A DNA stretch of 64,000 nt from a virus (taxonomy: Duplodnaviria; Caudoviricetes), in IMG/VR virus record IMGVR_UViG_3300020048_003360, positions 64,001 to 128,000 of that record, one strand, 5' to 3'. Below are positions 19,698 through 27,860 of the stretch, in pieces; the first letter of the stretch is position 1, and each line of letters begins with the position of its first letter. The notes below the pieces were generated by a model. The model was not told where the DNA came from. It made no database searches and saw only the letters and a program-made list of their open reading frames with translations. Both the position numbers and the translations under genes were made by a program.

Positions 19698-20330
19698 TCA
19701 TAAACTATCACCCCAAATACTGGTTGGGTCTTCGCCACCATACTTTATTAAATTGGCAACTACTTCCCAAGTTTTCAATATACTAGTTTGCTCATCATGA
19801 GATAATTCCCTATCACCCTCATGTAGAGTATCCAAGTAAATGCTAACTTTATCATTACCTTCTTCATCGGCAACAAAAATACCATTCATAACTCTACGGT
19901 AATCATAGTGGTTCTCACCTACCCCACCAGGTTCCATATCCACATACGTATCACTATAGCCATCACATCTTTGTTGATGATAAATTTCTCGAACATCAGG
20001 TTGTGCCATAATAAAACGCTGCATTATTGGCTGTGCATTCTGTAACTTATCTAGCTCAGAAATAAAGTGAATATCAGTTCTACTGAATAGATTATTCATT
20101 TTATTTAATGCAGCTCTAGCAAGTTGCATAGCCTGAGAACCCGTAAAGCTATTCAGCATTTCTCTAGAGTTTGCAAAGAATTGCTGTCCAGCTTCAGTTA
20201 GAGTATTGCTAAGATTAGCTACACTACTAACACTGTTTTCGAGATAATTTATGGTACCAGGATGTCGTTCAGCCCCATACACAAGAGCTCTAAATGCCAT
20301 ATCATCACCATAACCTACCTGTATAGCCAT
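19698..20330 (-). CDS. Conserved core protein (phiKZ gp59/Imp3-like by position)
   Basis: MQRFIMAQP...CDGYSDTY...ENHYDYRRVMNG pattern; downstream of nvRNAP beta' locus. Confidence 0.55.
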   Translation of the reverse strand: MAIQVGYGDDMAFRALVYGAERHPGTINYLENSVSSVANLSNTLTEAGQQFFANSREMLNSFTGSQAMQLARAALNKMNNLFSRTDIHFISELDKLQNAQPIMQRFIMAQPDVREIYHQQRCDGYSDTYVDMEPGGVGENHYDYRRVMNGIFVADEEGNDKVSIYLDTLHEGDRELSHDEQTSILKTWEVVANLIKYGGEDPTSIWGDSL

Positions 20331-20336
20331 TATTTT

Positions 20337-20406
20337 TCCTCAAATATTAAATTACAGACCCTCCAAGGGGTCTTAAAGGGTCTGTAATCTCGACTACTCA
20401 CACTTC
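20337..20406 (-). promoter_or_regulatory. Hairpin plus RBS leader, copy 3 (perfect 12-bp stem)
   Basis: attacagaccct (20351-20362) pairs with agggtctgtaat (20377-20388), then TTAATATTTGAGGA. Confidence 0.75.
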
Positions 20407-20430
20407 TATTAACGAAACGCTAATAACGCA

Positions 20431-21138
20431 TTATGGTGCTTCTAAGCCATCATTTGCTTTTTTATTAGCAAAATATGTTTTCCTAGATAAAGACATTTTA
20501 GCTCTAGCTTCGGCAGAAATTGTTTTACCACGGTGTATTGAAGATAGTTTAGCCCTACCTTCGGCAGACATTGTTTTACCATTAGCTACTAAGGCAGTCT
20601 GTATTAAAGACATTTTAGCTTTTGATTTATCAGTGTGTTTTCTACCGGTAGATTTTAAAGACATCTTAACACGTGCTTCGTCGGTGTGTTTTCGACCGGT
20701 GTGCAGCTTACTCATCCGCTCCTTAGACTCAGGTGTATTTACAAAGATCTTTATATTGGCCTTTGTAACGTCATCAAGTTTAACTCCTTTAGCTGATTTA
20801 GCACTAGGTGATTTATTATAAATAAAAGACTCACCGAAATACTTATCTAGTAAGTCCTGCTTAATACTAAACGCCTCTTCTCTAGTATTGGTAGGTTTAC
20901 AATAGCAAATTATCCGTGGATCATCATTATAGTGATGCTGTAGTAATCGACATTTATGTATATTAGTCCTAAGAAAGAAACCATTAGTCGTAATTCTTTT
21001 TCTTAGAATATTACCAATGCCAATATAATAACCGCCACTACCCAGATGTTTAACCAAATAACAACCATAACCACTTAAGTCGTCATCACTAACCTCGTTA
21101 AATAAAGTGAATCCAGTAGTTACCTCATTATCAATCAT
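20431..21138 (-). CDS. Free-standing GIY-YIG homing endonuclease with NUMOD3 repeats, paralog of 16102-17052
   Basis: MIDNEVTTGF vs MIDNDIITGF; GCYLVKH...YYIG; shared YFGESFIYN; GRKHT repeats. Confidence 0.8.
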   Translation of the reverse strand: MIDNEVTTGFTLFNEVSDDDLSGYGCYLVKHLGSGGYYIGIGNILRKRITTNGFFLRTNIHKCRLLQHHYNDDPRIICYCKPTNTREEAFSIKQDLLDKYFGESFIYNKSPSAKSAKGVKLDDVTKANIKIFVNTPESKERMSKLHTGRKHTDEARVKMSLKSTGRKHTDKSKAKMSLIQTALVANGKTMSAEGRAKLSSIHRGKTISAEARAKMSLSRKTYFANKKANDGLEAP

Positions 21139-21165
21139 ATCACCATCCTTTTAAAGTAGTTCCAC

Positions 21166-21185
21166 ATAGGTAATATATTGCTATA
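21166..21185 (-). promoter_or_regulatory. Phage early-type promoter
   Basis: ataggtaatatattgctata. Confidence 0.8.
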
Positions 21186-21242
21186 ATTATTTAGAATAGA
21201 GGATACAGACTCTATAACTGAGTCTATATCCTATCCACTCTC

Positions 21243-21464
21243 TTAATCACAATAAAGTTGTTCCATCTTACTCAATTTTACGGGATCTATATATTCTACC
21301 GAGTGTATCCATTGACTTAAGGTTCCTACCACAGTTTTGGGAATAGAAAGATTTGTACTTACCTCCCTAGGTGAGTTTAAATCAAACACACTCTTATGTG
21401 GTGCTAGTGGACTTAATCTTTCAGCAACTTCATTATCTAGACTAAGTGTACAATTCAGTTGATC
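21243..21464 (-). CDS. Non-virion RNAP beta' N-terminal subunit, exon 2 (phiKZ gp56.1-like)
   Basis: Begins GAT CAA CTG AAT (DQLN); joining to exon 1 restores NADFDGD. Confidence 0.85.
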   Translation of the reverse strand, partial: DQLNCTLSLDNEVAERLSPLAPHKSVFDLNSPREVSTNLSIPKTVVGTLSQWIHSVEYIDPVKLSKMEQLYCD

Positions 21465-22824
21465 CGTTTCATTGTTCACATTTCTGTGTTTTTATCGCTT
21501 CTAAATTTTAAGAGCTTTTATAATGGCTGGACCCTCTATAAAAGCTTTGAGTTTTAATACATTTTCTTTTGAAAAATAAACTACAACAAATGAATCTATT
21601 CTACGCAATATCCCCGCCGCAAGTGATGTTGTCACAGCTTTTTTACTTAAACTATGTTGAATTATAAACTCTTTTGCACTAGAATGTATGTAATATAATT
21701 CATCATTAAAATTATAAGCAATTACCTCTTTAGCTCCATGTTGTTTTGCATTAATTAAATCTTCCTCATTAATTTCTGGAAAATCATCATTTACATAAGC
21801 TACTTGATATTTTTTTCTAAATAACTTAACTTTTCCATTTTGAGAAATGCTTTGATATAAATGACTTGGTGATGTATTATATTCTTTTCCAGCTACATGA
21901 AAGGATTCAAATATTTTTATATCGCCAGTATCAACATCTAAAGTTTTTATGGCTCTTTTATCTTTATATGGAGAAGTTTGTTTCTTAAGACTGTTAGGAA
22001 TGCATCCATCAAATGGTTTATGTATTAACGTTACTCCATTTAATAATTTAGAATCTTTAATAGAATCCCAAACATCTAAAACAGATACATTCAAATATCC
22101 AGCCACTTCATGTGCATTCTTATATAGTGCGAATGCAACATCATCTTTATATCCTATAATTGTTGGATATAAATTATCCATTCTCATTATTTCAGAATGA
22201 ATATTATTCTGACTTGGAGTTACCCACTCTAAGTTTTCTTTAGCGTTATTTTCTACATCTGAATCTCTGTGATTTACTTCTGTTGTTTCTTCTTTCTTTT
22301 CATGTAAAAGATGACTCAACGCAACTAATCTCTGAACGCCGAAAGTAACCCAACACCCATTGATTGTTTTAACACTTGCAGTTACATAACCATCGCCGTT
22401 CTTATACGTATTACGTTTTGTTAAGTCTGGATTATAAATATTTCCAAAATCATCAGCTAAAAAACCTAATGTTCCAGGTATTTCTTTTAATTCCATTTAT
22501 TCTCCTTAAAGTTAATAGAAGCTATTGGGGCGTTATTCCCAATCATTATTGTTGTCCAGACAATAATATCCGATACTTTCATACCGGGCGAGACTATATC
22601 TTCTACCTATTTCTAGATAGCTTTCCGTTTCGGCTCCACTTGGTAGCCTACGAGCTCACGCTCTAGTCGTTGAACTTTATCCATTTTACAGGATCTTAGC
22701 TGCTGATTGTCCAATTCTCATCATTTTCAAACATTCACGCTTGCTATTTCTAGCTACGTTGTAGTTGATGAGACTCTAAGGATATTCCAGCAATTAGAAA
22801 AGTTTATAGACAGCAATTTAACTT
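21465..22824 (-). mobile_element. Group I intron (1360 nt) inside the RNAP catalytic NADFDG|D motif
   Basis: Core elements AATTGCTGGAA, AATCAGCAG, GTTCAACGACTA, AAGATATAGTCT; P1 pairing GACGGU/GCUGUC with U.G at the splice site; terminal G at 21465. Confidence 0.92.
21501..22496 (-). CDS. Intron-encoded HNH homing endonuclease
   Basis: VQRLVA...EVNHRDSD.ENN..ENLEWVT..QN HNH module plus NUMOD1-like repeats; AAGGAG RBS. Confidence 0.88.
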   Translation of the reverse strand: MELKEIPGTLGFLADDFGNIYNPDLTKRNTYKNGDGYVTASVKTINGCWVTFGVQRLVALSHLLHEKKEETTEVNHRDSDVENNAKENLEWVTPSQNNIHSEIMRMDNLYPTIIGYKDDVAFALYKNAHEVAGYLNVSVLDVWDSIKDSKLLNGVTLIHKPFDGCIPNSLKKQTSPYKDKRAIKTLDVDTGDIKIFESFHVAGKEYNTSPSHLYQSISQNGKVKLFRKKYQVAYVNDDFPEINEEDLINAKQHGAKEVIAYNFNDELYYIHSSAKEFIIQHSLSKKAVTTSLAAGILRRIDSFVVVYFSKENVLKLKAFIEGPAIIKALKI

Positions 22825-24066
22825 ACCGTCGAAATCAGCATTAAAGCCCTTAACAATCAAAATCGATAAGGATATTGTAGGTATCAATGGATCTGTCTTT
22901 ACTTTAGTAATAAAAACAGCCTGAGCACTAGCCCTTTCTAGGCTTGGATTTCGCTGAAGAATGCAGCTTATTCCCTTATTGGGACTTTCAGCAATCAATG
23001 TTTGGAATAGTTCATCCAACAAAGAACTATACTTCTGAGCATGTTCGTTTAATAAAGCAATTGCTGAGTTTGGATTAAATCCCCTCCTTAACAACTTATT
23101 CACTAAGTGTATACGAAACACACTGATTCCAATCCCCCATGGAATATGAATCTCGTCATATTGGTGTGGTTCAGTTAGCGACGATATCACTCCCCTAAAA
23201 CTAAAGTGACTTCTAGTTCCAAAGATATGTTTTCTAAATATACCTTCCTTTTTAGCTAGAGTCGTTCTAACTAAGTCGTCGTAAAAGATTGCTAACTGGC
23301 TTATTGTTTTTACAGTTCTATTTTCCTTCATCCGAACATTGTGTGTAGACAATACTGAATCTATACCCACCATAGTTCTAATAGCGTCTACAGCACCGGT
23401 AATGATGGGATCTACATATGTACCTACATTGGTTTCCTCTATAACCAATAGCGACCTATTTGGTAGTGGTAGATATTGTGAAAATACACACTGTCGTTGT
23501 TCCTTCAGTAATAATTCTAAAGGTTCTGGCACACCACGTCTAGCTCTAAATCCCTTAATATCAAATAGCTTTGACATTATATCATCAAAGTTTTCTACAA
23601 AAGTATTCCAACCTCTAGGAATACCTAAATCCATTACTGCGTCCATAATTAAAGGTGTTTTTACTTGTGGTTTATAGATAGTGTCGGTTAGCCATCTAAT
23701 AATACTAAAACCACTACAAGTAAAATGTTCATTTAACATCGTCCACACTACTGGATTCATTAGTCCGCTAACTCCATCTGGAGCACGAATCCAAAGTATG
23801 GGGTCTAAATCACTGTCGATGGTAGATTTAACTATAGTGCGACAATTCCCACACATAACACCAACATTGTACTCCCCTACTAACTCACCACACTCACATA
23901 CCGGCACATTACTTAATAGATCGCCACTATATGTGGTATAAATTAAATTATTTATTACTTCCTTATCTCCTTCACTAGATTCTTGGAAATCATTAATGAT
24001 GATTGGTGTTTTTGTTGCTGTATTAAATAATTCTGTAAAGTTTACTAACTTCAGTGAAACACCCAT
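22825..24066 (-). CDS. Non-virion RNAP beta' N-terminal subunit, exon 1 (phiKZ gp55-like)
   Basis: C.CG...C..C zinc finger, RKHIFGTRSHFS.R.VI, QRNPSL, FNADFDG at exon end. Confidence 0.9.
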
Positions 24067-24099
24067 TATTTAACTCCTAAATAAAAAAAGGTGTAAAAA

Positions 24100-24128
24100 G
24101 AGAGAGGAGACTGATAGTCTCCTCTCTC
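24100..24128 (-). terminator. Terminator after chimallin
   Basis: 13-bp stem gagagaggagact/agtctcctctctc with a U-run on the minus strand. Confidence 0.7.
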
Positions 24129-24150
24129 TAATTATACTTCACTAATTACA

Positions 24151-26022
24151 TTACCACCGGCCAACAAAACGGCTGTTACCGTAATTTTGATTTGGGTTAC
24201 CACCAAATCCACCACGATTAAACATACCACTAAGATCACCAGACATAACTGCTTGTCCGATATAGTTGCTAGTAGCCCGATCGTAGCTGGCCATATCTGC
24301 GTACGAGTCAACAGGACGTACTGTTAGCCCAGCAGCCAAGCAACCACGTACCAATGCATCCGTAAAGGCCGTTGTGAAGGTTACGCGTGTGGCATACCCA
24401 GTGAACTGCACATTGCTAAACAGCGCGCTGATGATGCGTTTCCGACCAGCCAACCGAAGTTCGATTGGGTAGTTAGCCTTCAAGAATGTATCTGACCAAT
24501 CCCGAATAGCTGCCGGATCTTTTTCACCAACCATGTTCATAATGGCCAGATAGTCAATTTCACGGATGTCCTTACGAACACCACTTGAATCAACATAACT
24601 ACCCAAGTGAATACGATTGGCTTCATCACTAGCGATCTCACTACCTACTGGGAAGTAGTTAGCAAATGCACCATTCGTTAATGCATTAGCGGCATCCACA
24701 ATAGCTTGTTTTGCTGCGGCATTTCCACTAGCTGCAGCGCCGAACACACCGTTATACCAAGTATCAGGACCACATTCCGGCACATCCAAAGATAGAGCCA
24801 TACCCTGACGAACAGTACTACCGATCAATTTGTGATAGTGCTCGGGTTTGAATGAATCTGACTTAGTATCAATACGACTACCGATACCATTTGGATTACC
24901 TTCAAAATTCACTTCAATTCCTACTGCGCCAATGTCGTGCAGATCGATATCATTACTGAAGCCTTGGCGTGCAAATGCCTGTGCCCATTTATCACCTTCA
25001 CGTAAAGAGAGTGCCATATTAAGCGCAAGTAACTGAGCACCAATAGTCAACAACTGTGTTGATTCCAGTGCGGTTACCACGAACCGCGCCACATATTGAC
25101 GATAGTCACGCTGCACCTGTGGAGGTTGCATATACGGAGCGTATGCTTGCATTTCTTGTGGTGCCCATACCAAGTCCACAAAGCCTGAAATACGAGCGAT
25201 ATGACTCACACGCTCTACTGCCTGCTGTGAATTCTGTTGGGCATTCAGAGGAGCTGCAGAAAATACAATTTCCACGTCACTACGGATAGGATTACCAACC
25301 GCATTACTGGTTTCGGGATTACCGAAGGTAGTACGAATAGTAAGATTACTATCGCGTTCTGCATTGGCCAGATTCAGATCCACAAAACCAGGCTGATGAA
25401 TTTCCAGCTCAGAACTGGTAGCGAACATTGCGTTTGCAGCCAGGCGATAAACTGCTTGGGTATCTGTTACGTTGAAATCCCGTGGAATAACACATGCATC
25501 TACGTACAGTTGCCGAGATTGTGGGAAATGACGACTTACGTAAGTCGATACAACTTGACGTAGGACTGGATCATTCGCTTCGCCAAGAGTGCGAATGATT
25601 TCCACATTGGTACCGTTGATCATTTCAAAACGCGGCTGTGGCTGGTCAACACTGCCTTCAATAATTAACGTGTGGTACGCAACACCAACGTCAGGCATGT
25701 CGCGTAAACGTACTGCTAAGACAAGTACTGAAACAGAAAGTTCAGTAGTTGAATTAAGGTCAATCGGAATCAACGTGAACTCAAATGTCTTTGAATCCGC
25801 TGCTTCGGTATATACCTCAACCAAAGCTTTATTCAATTTACTTAATACTTCTGACGCGGGCGTGCGTCCCATTGCGGTATGAGTCAAACCACCCATATTG
25901 CGGAAACTGAAACCACCGCGTGCAGGTGCTTGTTGTTGTTGGGGTTGATTTGGTGCTTGTTGCTGTGCATTACTAAAAGCAGCAGCCATTGAATTACCGT
26001 CAGTACCTGTTTTTAGTGCCAT
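24151..26022 (-). CDS. chmA: Chimallin, major phage nucleus shell protein
   Basis: 623 aa, Q/P-rich N-terminus; GNPIRSD, DIGAVG, RIDTKS, KDIREIDYLAIMN align with recalled chimallin motifs; directly upstream of nvRNAP beta'. Confidence 0.88.
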   Translation of the reverse strand: MALKTGTDGNSMAAAFSNAQQQAPNQPQQQQAPARGGFSFRNMGGLTHTAMGRTPASEVLSKLNKALVEVYTEAADSKTFEFTLIPIDLNSTTELSVSVLVLAVRLRDMPDVGVAYHTLIIEGSVDQPQPRFEMINGTNVEIIRTLGEANDPVLRQVVSTYVSRHFPQSRQLYVDACVIPRDFNVTDTQAVYRLAANAMFATSSELEIHQPGFVDLNLANAERDSNLTIRTTFGNPETSNAVGNPIRSDVEIVFSAAPLNAQQNSQQAVERVSHIARISGFVDLVWAPQEMQAYAPYMQPPQVQRDYRQYVARFVVTALESTQLLTIGAQLLALNMALSLREGDKWAQAFARQGFSNDIDLHDIGAVGIEVNFEGNPNGIGSRIDTKSDSFKPEHYHKLIGSTVRQGMALSLDVPECGPDTWYNGVFGAAASGNAAAKQAIVDAANALTNGAFANYFPVGSEIASDEANRIHLGSYVDSSGVRKDIREIDYLAIMNMVGEKDPAAIRDWSDTFLKANYPIELRLAGRKRIISALFSNVQFTGYATRVTFTTAFTDALVRGCLAAGLTVRPVDSYADMASYDRATSNYIGQAVMSGDLSGMFNRGGFGGNPNQNYGNSRFVGRW

Positions 26023-26090
26023 GATCTCGTTTTCCTTAAATATACATCATTAAAAAAGCGCTTTTTTATAGAATCAATAATTGATTCCAT

Positions 26091-26110
26091 ATAGGTAATA
26101 TATTGCCATA
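26091..26110 (-). promoter_or_regulatory. Phage early-type promoter for chimallin
   Basis: ataggtaatatattgccata; short palindromes in the leader. Confidence 0.82.
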
Positions 26111-26250
26111 ATTATTTTGAATCAAAAAATATGACAATATAATTCTATTAAAAATTATAGGTTCCACCTCTATCAGCCATAACTGATCGAGCTAGTGTAG
26201 GGAAGTTTACCTTCTCTATATAATAGAGTGAGTGTAATTAAAAAATACTT

Positions 26251-26652
26251 TTAACCTGAAATTGTTGTAGATAGTGCTGCTTGCCATAGTTCCCATTTAT
26301 TCTGAATTGTGGTATTGTTGTAAACATTTTCATTATCATCGTATTCTAACTTACTTACTCCCTTTTTATGTGATTTTAAAAATGCTTCAAATCGTAATCT
26401 ATTTCTCGTAAGAATACTAACATGTTCCCAATTACCATTTACCCTAACTATTAGATCATGTTTTTTTAAATTAAAAGTAATATTGTTAATAATTAAATCC
26501 GCATCTCCAGTTACTTCATATAGAGCACCGTCAGCTACTATGTCTTTCTGTAATGGGAATTTAGGCGTATTTGTAATTGGGTTCCATTGAATAAAAAGTG
26601 GGATATAAGAATGAAAGTCCCATAGTTTATTTCTTAAGTCATCAGAAAGCAT
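26251..26652 (-). CDS. Hypothetical protein, 133 aa, apparently two modules
   Basis: ORF with AGGA RBS; WNPITNTP..GALYEV module and RFEAF...KWELWQAA module. Confidence 0.6.
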   Translation of the reverse strand: MLSDDLRNKLWDFHSYIPLFIQWNPITNTPKFPLQKDIVADGALYEVTGDADLIINNITFNLKKHDLIVRVNGNWEHVSILTRNRLRFEAFLKSHKKGVSKLEYDDNENVYNNTTIQNKWELWQAALSTTISG

Positions 26653-26717
26653 TTTCTTAAGTTCCTAAAGTGTAAAGTATTATTTTATGTAGATAACTAA
26701 TTAAACGGAATTTAACC

Positions 26718-27806
26718 ATGCATTCAATATATAGTAACGCTTCGAGTATAGCGCATGGTGTATCAAAATTACCTAGTTGGATATATCTAAAAAATGGCTT
26801 AGAAAATAATTTAAAAATAGTTATTTCCTACTATCGTAAAAATCCAATGGCAGTTAAGTCTAATCACTTTCTTGTTAAACTATTACAGTCCATTACGGTA
26901 CCTCAGTCTCAAATTTTAGAAAGATATTATACCAACGTAGATGCGATGTCGTTAAATTTATCAATGGCATTAAAAATGACATCATCTATTTATAAAGGAT
27001 CCGTGTTTGATGGTATTTTTTTAGGACCTGGTAATGATGAGATAATCATTGCCCATAATGATAGTTTCAATCCATTTGATGCACATGATAACTGGATAAA
27101 CTTACGTCCAGTTGAGTTCCTATCACATCAGAGATCTGACTTAGGTTTAAATATACCAGATGGCATAAATACTGGTGTAGAAGAGGGCTTAACCGTAATA
27201 GCTATAAATATACCATTACTAGCTATTCAGTATAGGGCATTTAGAATAAATGAAAGAATTATAAACGCTAATGATAGTGCTGAGTCAGTAATGCAGTTTA
27301 TTCATCGATTTGTTTTACCTAATGCACTATATTCTTATTTAGATCATGCTATTTTTAATAGAATATCAGCATTACTTATAGGTAAGCCACTGGGTGAAAG
27401 CAAAAAAGCACATCCATTTCACTTAACTGATTTCTCTACTAAATTAACATATGTACAAAATGATATTTTAAACTTATTAATAAAAGAAAATAAAACATTT
27501 GACGGTATACTACAGAGTATACCTATGGTAAGCGTTAAAAATGCTGAAGAACTGATGATGTTACCAGATGTAGCCTTAACAAGACAAGTAATTTGGGGAT
27601 TAGTCTTATCTAGACTACCTGAACTACTATTCTTAGTTAGAATATCTAAAGAGAGTATTGGTAATAAAAATCAATCTGAAGTAAACCGTATATTAAGATA
27701 TTTTCAAAGATATAGATCTGATAATCTATTTAGATCAATGTTGCCGGTAAATCTTTATTTAGAGGTTGCCGATATCATGAGTGAAGTAGAACGATTAGCA
27801 AATTAA
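26718..27806 (+). CDS. Conserved phiKZ-like virion protein (gp52-like)
   Basis: 362 aa; YYR.NP.AVKSNHFLVKLL pattern; TTTTATG at 26683-26689; position between chimallin and polymerase. Confidence 0.55.
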   Translation: MHSIYSNASSIAHGVSKLPSWIYLKNGLENNLKIVISYYRKNPMAVKSNHFLVKLLQSITVPQSQILERYYTNVDAMSLNLSMALKMTSSIYKGSVFDGIFLGPGNDEIIIAHNDSFNPFDAHDNWINLRPVEFLSHQRSDLGLNIPDGINTGVEEGLTVIAINIPLLAIQYRAFRINERIINANDSAESVMQFIHRFVLPNALYSYLDHAIFNRISALLIGKPLGESKKAHPFHLTDFSTKLTYVQNDILNLLIKENKTFDGILQSIPMVSVKNAEELMMLPDVALTRQVIWGLVLSRLPELLFLVRISKESIGNKNQSEVNRILRYFQRYRSDNLFRSMLPVNLYLEVADIMSEVERLAN

Positions 27807-27810
27807 ATAT

Positions 27811-27844
27811 AATAGCTAGATAGGGTAACTTCTATCTAGCTATT
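27811..27844. terminator. Bidirectional hairpin between convergent genes
   Basis: 13-bp stem aatagctagatag/ctatctagctatt. Confidence 0.7.
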
Positions 27845-27860
27845 ATGACGTTATGTTATA

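Noticed and set aside
19541-19741. 66-aa minus-strand ORF bridging two genes
   Set aside because: Overlaps both neighbours, runs through a hairpin and AT tract, no RBS
21465-21479. GTG start of a stand-alone 78-aa gene
   Set aside because: These bases are the intron 3' end; the ORF is exon 2
22804-22824. KLNCCL* C-terminus of the 420-aa ORF
   Set aside because: Read-through into intron sequence; the real protein continues in exon 2
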